Assembly: GCA_949282205.1 (NCBI GenBank)
Contig: CASDOS010000047.1
Coordinates: 21,925 to 85,924 of the forward strand
Direction: 5' to 3'
DNA: 64,000 nucleotides
Source: an uncultured Alphaproteobacteria bacterium
Lineage (GTDB): Bacteria > Pseudomonadota > Alphaproteobacteria > RF32 > CAG-239
Position 1 is the first letter of the stretch; every line of letters begins with the position of its first letter. A model generated the notes under the pieces. It was not told where the DNA came from and did not search any database. It was given only the letters and a program-made list of their open reading frames with translations. Below are positions 29,356-36,692 of the stretch, in pieces. A program made the position numbers and the translations under genes.

Positions 29356-29937
29356 TTACATCTTACCAATATTGCGAACGGCTACAGCGTAATAATCCGG
29401 CCATTTTTTACCCGGAACCATCACACGGATTTGTGACCATTTCGGGCAGACGTTAACATAGAAATGCTCCGTATCATTATAGAGTTCTTCTATATCGCCG
29501 CAGCTTTGGAAACAAGCGTTCGGTTCCATGCGAGCTATTTCTTCCAATTCCGGCAGGCGTGGGCATTTTAATACATAATCGCCTCCTATGCCTTCTTCTA
29601 TTTTTTCATAACCCGACAAATCAATATTATAGATTTTGTGACGCTCTAGTTTGTAACCAATCGTATTTAAAACCTCTTTCTTTTGCTCCAATTCGGTTTC
29701 TGATGCGTTAATCAACTCATCCCAAGAGCTAAAGCCTACCATCTTGGCCAACAAATGTTGCGCTTTCATTAAAGTGAAATCGTTGCAGTCCGCATCGAAA
29801 TCGCTCATAACCGCATTGGTATCAAAAAATCTTGGCGCACAAACATATTCTTCTTCATTTTGCATGAAGTCCAATTTTATGTCATGGAAGAGATTTTTGG
29901 CTTGGAGTTTGAAGTAATCTATATTCTTGTTTCTCAT
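29356..29937 (-). CDS. Hypothetical cytoplasmic protein (193 aa), Cys-rich C-terminal half
   Basis: AAAGGA SD 8 nt before the ATG. N-terminal helical motif LQAKNL...AQHLLAKMVGFSSWDEL. I do not recognise a family. Confidence 0.7.
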   Translation of the reverse strand: MRNKNIDYFKLQAKNLFHDIKLDFMQNEEEYVCAPRFFDTNAVMSDFDADCNDFTLMKAQHLLAKMVGFSSWDELINASETELEQKKEVLNTIGYKLERHKIYNIDLSGYEKIEEGIGGDYVLKCPRLPELEEIARMEPNACFQSCGDIEELYNDTEHFYVNVCPKWSQIRVMVPGKKWPDYYAVAVRNIGKM

Positions 29938-30265
29938 AATATAATCCTTTTCATACCAGAAGCCTTTTACCTTATTGATTGCGCCTGTACCCTGTAGCAG
30001 ATAAAAGTAACTTCTGAGGGTTATACTATGAATTGCCGGATGATGAAATCTTTACACAGGCGAGCACGCGTTCCGGCCAGCTATGTCTTAACTATAAATG
30101 TTTAGACATAAAAGTCAAGGGAAATTTTAAACTTTTTTATGGAATGATGAGATTTTGTTTCTAACTACCTGAAAATAAATTTTATTTTTTTATCAAGTAA
30201 ATGGAGTTAATATATGAAATTGATTTTTGGACAGAAATTGCACGGCTATAAGTGGAAATATAAAA

Positions 30266-30295
30266 GCAAAAAAAGAGGGACAAATAAGCCCCTCT
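30266..30295 (-). terminator. Intrinsic terminator of the OMP gene
   Basis: agaggg / ccctct stem with an A8 run on the plus strand. Confidence 0.75.
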
Positions 30296-30318
30296 TTCTC
30301 TATTCTCTCTTTCTTAAA

Positions 30319-30840
30319 TTAGAAAGCGTATCTTAAACCTACAGTAAATTCATCCAAAGAATCTAACTGAGAGCTGTGTACCCATGCGTGGTGATACATT
30401 GCTCTGACTGTCGCGTTTTCAGTTACTGCGTATTGTACGCCGGCACCCAAACGTTCTGCATAGCCACGATCTGTTCCCAAGCCGTTGTCGCCTTTTAATT
30501 TGTAGTTAGCAAGACCGGCGGAACCAACGAGTTCCCATCTACCGGAGCAACCTAATTGTTGGAATACCAAAGCGTCAACACCATAGCCGCTGATACGAGT
30601 GTCATGAGTAGACTTGTGTTCTTTCAAACCGGCATTGTAGAATGCTTCCAAACCGAAACGGTCTGTTCTGCCGCCGATTACACCGGACAAAGACCAATCT
30701 TTGCTGCTGATGCTGTGGCTTGAATCTGTGTCAACAAGCGCATAGTTGGCATCTATACCAACATATGGGGTTACATCTATAGCTTCTGCATTTGCAGCAA
30801 CCATGCCGGCAAGTCCTGCCAATAATAAAACTTTCTTCAT
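30319..30840 (-). CDS. Small outer-membrane beta-barrel protein (8-strand OmpA-like/OmpX-like class)
   Basis: Signal peptide MKKVLLLAGLAGMVAANAEA, alternating hydrophobic beta pattern, C-terminal GLRYAF ending in Phe. Confidence 0.8.
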   Translation of the reverse strand: MKKVLLLAGLAGMVAANAEAIDVTPYVGIDANYALVDTDSSHSISSKDWSLSGVIGGRTDRFGLEAFYNAGLKEHKSTHDTRISGYGVDALVFQQLGCSGRWELVGSAGLANYKLKGDNGLGTDRGYAERLGAGVQYAVTENATVRAMYHHAWVHSSQLDSLDEFTVGLRYAF

Positions 30841-30981
30841 TTAAGTTTCCTCTCAAAAGTTTATGTAATTATCGTTGTTTTTAGAAACGATACCCATAAC
30901 TTTAGTCTATATTTCTTTATTTGCAAGCAAAATTTGTGCTTGGTTTGGGGATATTTCTGTTTAATTGGGGTAAAAACGCTA

Positions 30982-31524
30982 TTAACGTTTAAGCCGATGA
31001 CGCACGGATTCCTCAAATACACGCAATGGATTGGATAATTCTACCGGATGAAGATGTTGCGGCTCTACCTTCATATATGTAGTCAGATTGACGAATTTAT
31101 CAAAATCCAGTGCGTATTTCGGTGTCATCAGTTGGTACATATTCAAACAGTCAATACGAATGTTCGGGTTGATGTATATGCCTGATGAACTGATGGCAGT
31201 TGGAATTTGAGCGCTGATGGTTTCACAACAAGAATAACTGTCTATCGTGTGAACAACCAATGTGTTTGGATAACCTAAAATTCCGGGGTAAATATTGCTA
31301 ATCGCCGCATGGGCTTTGAAGTCTTCTTCATATTTACCGGAATATATACGCCACATATTTCGTTCTTGCTCATTGGCGGCAATGCGTTTGCAGTTATGAA
31401 AAACAATGTGCGTTTCGTTTTTGGTGTGTTCGTATAGAAATTCTGTCACATCGTTAGGCGTGCGCGGACCGTTGACAATCGCTACGCCATATCCTTGGCG
31501 ACTTAATGTTTGACATTTTTCCAA
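30982..31524 (-). CDS. Hypothetical protein; start uncertain (TTG, no SD), possibly a gene fragment
   Basis: A 180-codon ORF that opens directly after an in-frame TAA and the upstream hairpin. The first ATG is at codon 57. Confidence 0.45.
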   Translation of the reverse strand: MEKCQTLSRQGYGVAIVNGPRTPNDVTEFLYEHTKNETHIVFHNCKRIAANEQERNMWRIYSGKYEEDFKAHAAISNIYPGILGYPNTLVVHTIDSYSCCETISAQIPTAISSSGIYINPNIRIDCLNMYQLMTPKYALDFDKFVNLTTYMKVEPQHLHPVELSNPLRVFEESVRHRLKR

Positions 31525-31536
31525 TTAGATAATATA

Positions 31537-31560
31537 GAAGGAGCTCAGTTGAGCTCCTTC
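31537..31560 (-). terminator. Perfect 11-bp hairpin directly after the stop of 31560..32048
   Basis: GAAGGAGCTCA-GT-TGAGCTCCTTC. The downstream sequence on the minus strand is only moderately U-rich (TATATTAT). Confidence 0.5.
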
Positions 31561-32048
31561 TATTTGTAATTTTTTATAAAATTATATACACTAATCTTTT
31601 GTTCTATTTGTAATAATAAAAACTCTATGTATTGTTGTAGTATTTTTTCAGTTTTAGCACTTGCTTCTTGTATGCATCCTGTTCCTGGAGGTATACTATA
31701 TTTATTTTGGCAATAGGCTATTTCATAAACTGAATTTATTGTATTAATATAATTCTCATAAATTTGTATGTTACTTTCTGCATTGTAACTATAGAAATGT
31801 TTTATAATATTGTTTAATGTTTGATTTTGACAATTTAATTTTTCTGAACTTTCGGCACATTTTATTAAATTCAGTTTGTATAATTGCAATAAAGTGTAGT
31901 CATCAATAATTTCTTTAATTTTATCTCGACTACTCCAATCGCCATTATTGTACACTTCGTCAATATCAATTCCATGAATGACTTCTTTGGTATTTGCTAC
32001 GGATATGTTTAGTAGTATGATAACTAAAATTGTACCTATCTTTTTCAT
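31560..32048 (-). CDS. Secreted four-Cys helical protein (162 aa), very AT-rich gene
   Basis: Signal peptide MKKIGTILVIILLNISVANT. Cys pattern C-x8-C ... C-x11-C. It is paralogous to the C-terminal half of 32278..32982. The Cys spacing is reminiscent of DUF1311/LprI, but this is unverified. Confidence 0.7.
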   Translation of the reverse strand: MKKIGTILVIILLNISVANTKEVIHGIDIDEVYNNGDWSSRDKIKEIIDDYTLLQLYKLNLIKCAESSEKLNCQNQTLNNIIKHFYSYNAESNIQIYENYINTINSVYEIAYCQNKYSIPPGTGCIQEASAKTEKILQQYIEFLLLQIEQKISVYNFIKNYK

Positions 32049-32110
32049 CTTTTCTCTCTTTTGTTGATTTTAATGGTATTTTAGCTGTGAATGCTAAATT
32101 TATCGTTAAA
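32031..32110. repeat. Copy 1 of the duplicated 5'-module (first codons + 5'UTR + upstream region) of the four-Cys protein gene
   Basis: About 80 nt that closely matches 33141-33221 (tctttttcatcttttctct...ttgatttt.atggtattttag...aatttatcgttaaa). Confidence 0.85.
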
Positions 32111-32162
32111 GAGATAAGTTTTTTGGCAGTGTGAAAAATATTTTTCTTTATTTTCAGATATA

Positions 32163-32191
32163 TTGACAGACAAGTCGTGGGATGGTATAAA
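32163..32191 (+). promoter_or_regulatory. Sigma70-like promoter of 32278..32982
   Basis: TTGACA-N17-TATAAA. Confidence 0.55.
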
Positions 32192-32277
32192 TGGTGAGAG
32201 GTGTAAATTTTTTGCGCAAAAGTCCTGATGCAAAAAAATATAAAGGATGGTTTTCTAGAATTGAGAGGTTGTAACTC

Positions 32278-32982
32278 ATGAAAAATAGTTGGTTTATCGT
32301 GTGGTTTTGGTTAGGTTTTAGTGTGTACTTTCCTAACAGTTTTGCGCAAGAACTTAAAAATCTTAATTCACTTAATGATCAAGATATTCTTTATAGTTCA
32401 CCTTATCTGGCAGGTGTTGAGGCGGAAGTTATTAAAGTTCATAACATTCAACAAAGTGATGATTTTTTTGATTCCGGTTATGTTCTTGTCAATGGTAAAT
32501 CTTATCCGATAGACCAACTGTTTGTAAAAAATTCAGATGGATTGTATGAAAATTTAGCCTATCTTTTTAATTATGACGGGGTTGGGCAAACTTTTTTTAT
32601 TCGCTATTATGATAAGGAACGCCTGAGTATTAAAGATGAAATACTCAACTCTAAACAAAAGGTTGCCGCTTGTGTTACAGATTATAAAGGCTCTGGTGTT
32701 GAAAGCGTTAAGAGAGAAAGTGAAGCTTTTACAAAATGCTTGGATGAGGTGTTTTATCATATTGTTCAACTTTTTTATGCTAATTCTTCTGAAAGTATGA
32801 TACAAAGCTATCAAGGTGTAGCCGATAATTTGGAGGTCTTTTATGAGAACTCGGCATCTCCGGATTTTTGTTACGGTAAATGTGGCACAATTTCTCAGAT
32901 GAAGGCTTTTGATAATCTTGTAAAAGCAAAGCAGCAATTTATTTTGGATGTGTTGGATAATTTGTTTTTGAGCGAGGTCTGA
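32278..32982 (+). CDS. Secreted protein (234 aa) whose C-terminal domain belongs to the four-Cys family
   Basis: GAGAGG SD. Signal peptide ending SFAQE. The C-terminal block C..C...FY...S.IQSY...FYEN...C..C...QQFILDVL aligns with 31560..32048. Confidence 0.75.
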   Translation: MKNSWFIVWFWLGFSVYFPNSFAQELKNLNSLNDQDILYSSPYLAGVEAEVIKVHNIQQSDDFFDSGYVLVNGKSYPIDQLFVKNSDGLYENLAYLFNYDGVGQTFFIRYYDKERLSIKDEILNSKQKVAACVTDYKGSGVESVKRESEAFTKCLDEVFYHIVQLFYANSSESMIQSYQGVADNLEVFYENSASPDFCYGKCGTISQMKAFDNLVKAKQQFILDVLDNLFLSEV

Positions 32983-33009
32983 TTTAGTTTTATAATCTTT
33001 ACTGTTCTA

Positions 33010-33159
33010 TCACATCATTCTCATACAGCGTTTGATAATGTAGGATGTCATATAAGATTTCTTCATATTGGCATCCTTATCCTGAGCAAGGGCTGAATTA
33101 GACAGTAAACTTATTCCCAATATTGTACTCAAAAATATTTTGTATCCTATCTTTTTCAT
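33010..33159 (-). pseudogene. 49-codon remnant or small ORF starting with the duplicated MKKIG signal-peptide module
   Basis: My hand translation gives MKKIGYKIFLSTILGISLLSNSALAQDKDANMKKSYMTSYIIKRCMRMM*. The first 5 codons and the upstream 60 nt copy the 32048 gene start. Confidence 0.4.
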
Positions 33160-33221
33160 CTTTTCTCTTCTCCATTGATTTTGATGGTATTTTAGAGAGA
33201 AATGTTGAATTTATCGTTAAA
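33141..33221. repeat. Copy 2 of the duplicated 5'-module
   Basis: See 32031-32110. Confidence 0.85.
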
Positions 33222-33239
33222 AGGGGCAGCGTTTAAAAC

Positions 33240-33264
33240 AAAAAAACATCCCTTGTCAGGATGT
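33240..33264 (-). terminator. Intrinsic terminator downstream of tRNA-Ala(CGC)
   Basis: acatcc / ggatgt stem; an A7 run on the plus strand gives T7 on the minus strand. Confidence 0.7.
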
Positions 33265-33276
33265 CTTTTGTTTTAA

Positions 33277-33352
33277 TGGTGGAGGTAAGGGGGATCGAAC
33301 CCCTGACCTATTGATTGCGAACCAATCGCTCTCCCATCTGAGCTATACCCCC
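33277..33352 (-). tRNA. tRNA-Ala (anticodon CGC), 76 nt with encoded CCA
   Basis: Hand-folded cloverleaf: GGGGGUA acceptor with G3:U70, D arm GCUC/GAGC, anticodon loop UUCGCAA, T arm AGGGG-UUCGAUC-CCCCU, ACCA end. Confidence 0.92.
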
Positions 33353-33425
33353 ATTTTATGGTACCGGATGCTATTTGGCTTTTATTTTTTTTGATTTTCG
33401 TTTGTTTTATCTTATGCTGCTTAAA

Positions 33426-33532
33426 GCCTTTCGCTTGTAGTCAAACCTCTTTCTCAGGGGGTCGCTTCCCCTTGTTTTCACTTGCGGCTAATGATATTTG
33501 TGAAACAAAAAATTGGTGGAGCTGAGGGGAAT
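33426..33532. repeat. Direct repeat copy 1 (107 nt): 88-nt tRNA trailer plus the last 19 nt of tRNA-Ala(GGC)
   Basis: Differs from 33608-33715 by only 2 substitutions and 1 A-run indel. It ends with tggtggagctgaggggaat, the reverse complement of the tRNA 3' end from the T loop to CCA. Confidence 0.9.
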
Positions 33533-33607
33533 GACCTTCGCTTTTTATTCCTAAAAAGCTCGGCCGCACGGGCGCTCATGAGCAAAGCTCACCGGCGTCC
33601 TCCGTCC

Positions 33608-33772
<165 letters not shown>

Positions 33773-33792
33773 GTTTATACGGTACGAACGCT

Positions 33793-33821
33793 TTTATAGT
33801 GCTATATTGATAAAAATGCAA
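33793..33821 (-). promoter_or_regulatory. Sigma70-like promoter of the tRNA-Ala(GGC) transcript
   Basis: On the minus strand, TTGCAT-N17-TATAAA, with the -10 about 20 nt upstream of the mature tRNA 5' end. Confidence 0.55.
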
Positions 33822-33882
33822 GCGAAATTTATGCTTGTGTGAAAAAAAATGTTGTGTGTTTTGTGGGGGCGAATAATTCTGC

Positions 33883-33911
33883 TTGTCAAATAAATAAATC
33901 TTTATTATACT
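33883..33911 (+). promoter_or_regulatory. Strong sigma70-like promoter about 390 nt upstream of the next CDS
   Basis: TTGTCA-N17-TATACT. Confidence 0.55.
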
Positions 33912-34301
33912 TGATGCCGAAGTTTCGAAATCGTATAGCTTGACTTTATGAGCGCTTTTATAAAAAAAAGTACGGTTTAGAGCTTTTTAGGGGGCTGCTA
34001 ACCCTCTCACTGGCGGTGTATGGATATACGCCGATATTTGGCGGAATACTTTGATCCAAGATTTGTTAATTCTTGGAAATTTGTGTTTTTGTGTGCGTGA
34101 AAACTTTGCAGAGTACTGTTGAAGTTTCCATACATCGTTATCATATTCCCTTTGTCTGTATTTGTTTGCAGAAGGGGCTGTCTCGAATATAAATACACTT
34201 TGAGTGCATTTGAATAAGGACGACATTTCCAGTGAGTGTTTAGCAAAGCCCCTTCGCCTTTTGTGATTTTTGAATTTATGGACAAATAGGGACGATGTAT
34301 C

Positions 34302-34784
34302 ATGAGTAAATTTGTATTATCTATGGCTGTTGTTTGCGTTATATGTGGATGTGTTTCTCTTACTTTTCAAGAGCAACAAGAGTTAGCTCAGCTGCAATAT
34401 CGGGGAATTACTGTTGATAGAGCTTCAGGTGGATGGCAAAAACCAGCCAGTCCGCTTAGTGCTGGTTTATTAAATATTCTTCCAGGGGGAGGAAATTTTT
34501 ATTTGGCAAGCGGAAATGCCGGAGATTCCGCTCAGTGGACTTATGGGTTTCTTAACCTTTTGACTTGGCCTATTTCTATTCTTTGGGGAATCCCTCAGGC
34601 TTCTATTGATGCTAATACAATTAATCAACGCGATATGCTTAATTTTTATAAATATGGCTATGGGAATAATATGCTATATCGTTTGGAGCGGCAAGGTTAT
34701 GAAAAATCTCGCTATCGGCAAAATTTACCAAGTGATTCTTATAATTATCAAATGCAAAGGCAGAGATATCAATATTCTTATTAA
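34302..34784 (+). CDS. Small lipoprotein/membrane protein with a Gly-rich hydrophobic segment and a Y/Q/R-rich tail
   Basis: MSKFVLSMAVVCVICGC lipobox; LLNILPGGGNFYL...LLTWPISILWGIPQA hydrophobic pair; C-terminus YRQNLPSDSYNYQMQRQRYQYSY. Confidence 0.7.
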   Translation: MSKFVLSMAVVCVICGCVSLTFQEQQELAQLQYRGITVDRASGGWQKPASPLSAGLLNILPGGGNFYLASGNAGDSAQWTYGFLNLLTWPISILWGIPQASIDANTINQRDMLNFYKYGYGNNMLYRLERQGYEKSRYRQNLPSDSYNYQMQRQRYQYSY

Positions 34785-34898
34785 ATCTGGGATTATAAAG
34801 TTGTTCTTATAGATTTTAACGCTACTATCTGACTTGATTTTTTTATCTATATGATATAACCTTGTTCGCAGTAATTTGTAAAATGTGGATTGCTCGAA

Positions 34899-35468
34899 AT
34901 GTCGAAAATTTTATTGCTGTCTTGTTGTGCACCATGCGCTTGCGCCGTGATTAAAAAACTTCACGATGACGGGGCGGATTTTGCAGTGGCTTTTTATAAC
35001 CCGAATATTCATCCCGAAGCCGAATATATCAAACGGCGTGATGAGCAAAAACGTTTATGCGAATTGTGGCAAATTACATTTGTGGAATTGGAGTATAGTC
35101 CTCATTTGTGGTTGATGCAAACTCTTCCTTATAAAGATGAACCAGAACGCGGAAAACGTTGTGATGTTTGCTTTGAGTTGCGCTTAAAACGTGTTATGCA
35201 GTATGCTAAAGAAAATGGCTATGAAGCGGTGGCTTCCGTTTTGGGGGTGTCGCGATGGAAAAATTTGGCACAAGTTAATGACGCTGCCGCAAGAGCTTCC
35301 GCTCAAGTCAATTTTCCTTATCTCGAAATTGAAGGACGTAAGCATGGTATGCAAGAAGCTCGTCTTGCTTTAATTAAAGAGTTGCATCTCTATAATCAGG
35401 ATTATTGCGGTTGCGTCTATTCAGAGCAACAAGCTCGTTTACGGAAAGCTCTTTTTGAAAAAAGTTAA
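34899..35468 (+). CDS. queH: Epoxyqueuosine reductase QueH (DUF208)
   Basis: LLLSCCAPC, FYNPNIHP..EY, RC..CF.LRL, DYCGCVYS. Confidence 0.88.
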   Translation: MSKILLLSCCAPCACAVIKKLHDDGADFAVAFYNPNIHPEAEYIKRRDEQKRLCELWQITFVELEYSPHLWLMQTLPYKDEPERGKRCDVCFELRLKRVMQYAKENGYEAVASVLGVSRWKNLAQVNDAAARASAQVNFPYLEIEGRKHGMQEARLALIKELHLYNQDYCGCVYSEQQARLRKALFEKS

Positions 35469-35517
35469 ATGAGCCGACTTAAGTAGTTCTAATTGTCGTA
35501 TCTTTCATTTTGGGCTT

Positions 35518-35964
35518 TTATTTTTTTTCGCTACTCTCTTTTGGCTTTTTGATAAAAGAAACGTAGGTTGCAATTATTAAAGCTAATCCCAACATTATAA
35601 AATATCCGTATTGGACAAAGTAAAGGTAAAATTCCGGTATTACAGGTGGTTCGGTGCCGTTATATTCGGCTTTGGAATATAAATAGCCGTAGATGATTCC
35701 GGGAATGAATATCAGCAAAAAGCATAAATATTCCACAGCCCCTAAAGCTGATAAATAGTTTTTGAGGCGCTTATATTTGTTATGGAAAATCGAAAATAAT
35801 TTTTTGCCGACTGAGGTTAAAAGCAAAATGCAAAAAATGAAAAATATACCCAGTAGTATCCAGGCTGCGATATTGCCGTGCTCTTCTTGCATCGCGAGCG
35901 GAAAAAACGAGATGAGATGATATATTCCGCCTAAAATTAAAAAATTTTCCAGTGTGTTTTTCAT
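35518..35964 (-). CDS. Hypothetical integral membrane protein (4 TM, 148 aa)
   Basis: Four hydrophobic helices and a KK-rich C-terminus. No recognised family. Confidence 0.65.
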   Translation of the reverse strand: MKNTLENFLILGGIYHLISFFPLAMQEEHGNIAAWILLGIFFIFCILLLTSVGKKLFSIFHNKYKRLKNYLSALGAVEYLCFLLIFIPGIIYGYLYSKAEYNGTEPPVIPEFYLYFVQYGYFIMLGLALIIATYVSFIKKPKESSEKK

Positions 35965-36094
35965 TTCTTGCCTCTGATTATGTTTGGTTTATCCATATTG
36001 TTTTTTATCAACTTTTATATATATAACTTGTTTTTTTATATTTGTCCAGTTGTTATTTGCCGGCGGGTGATTATATAAAGTATAGGAGGAGGAA

Positions 36095-36592
36095 ATGTTG
36101 ATTTATGTTCAGGATAAAATGCAGAGCGGATATGCTTATGAACTGACCGAACCGGTGGGGCAGAATTTTTCGCCGCTCTTTCATCCGGAACTTACTCCGC
36201 GGCAAATGTTGGAATTGGGCGTGTTTGAGGGACATTATCTTAATGATTGTCAGGATGAATTTCCAAAGGATTGGTTTGTTAATGCAAAACTTTCTCTTGA
36301 AAAGCCGGATATAAATTGCAATTGCTTTAAGGTTAAATCTCGTTTGCCGCTTGGCGAGTGGCAGCGTCACCATTGGATTATCGGACCTGATGTGCGGGGG
36401 TGGTTTCAATGGTATTGCCGTTATTATATGGGGCGCAGAATCCCGTTTATTGATACAGTACAGATTAAAAGATGGCGTGCGTTTAATCGTCATGCCGCAC
36501 AACTTAAAAAAAATTGTTTGTTGGCCGATTTTGAATGTCGTCCACGACAACGGCAGGCTTTGCTCCAATGGGCCTATAATCCGTTTATTTAA
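36095..36592 (+). CDS. Conserved-looking hypothetical protein (165 aa), W/R-rich
   Basis: Strong SD AGGAGGAGG. Motifs GVFEGHYLNDC, GPDVRGWFQWYCRYYMGRR, QIKRWRAF. I cannot name the family with confidence. Confidence 0.75.
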   Translation: MLIYVQDKMQSGYAYELTEPVGQNFSPLFHPELTPRQMLELGVFEGHYLNDCQDEFPKDWFVNAKLSLEKPDINCNCFKVKSRLPLGEWQRHHWIIGPDVRGWFQWYCRYYMGRRIPFIDTVQIKRWRAFNRHAAQLKKNCLLADFECRPRQRQALLQWAYNPFI

Positions 36593-36692
36593 GTAAGTTA
36601 TTTTTTGTGGGGTGTTCTCTTTTTCATAAAATATTTAACTTTGTTCGATTAAACTCTTTAATGAATAGTTTTAATGAGTGAGTTGCTGTATC

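Noticed and set aside
29200-33276. Mobile-element hallmarks in the islet: integrase, transposase, inverted terminal repeats, or a second copy of the tRNA-Ala(CGC) 3' end.
   Set aside because: I found none by eye. The islet is therefore reported only as a compositionally distinct accessory region, not as a defined mobile element.
33987-34303. Two overlapping minus-strand ORFs (79 and 98 aa) in the long gap upstream of 34302.
   Set aside because: They have no RBS, overlap each other in different frames and have an odd composition. I interpret the region as a non-coding leader or ncRNA candidate instead.
36071-36568. A 165-aa minus-strand ORF that almost exactly mirrors the 165-aa plus-strand ORF 36095..36592.
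   Set aside because: The plus-strand ORF has a strong AGGAGGAGG SD and a protein-like composition with conserved-looking W/R/G motifs. The minus-strand product is low-complexity and basic, with no RBS. I treat it as a shadow ORF.
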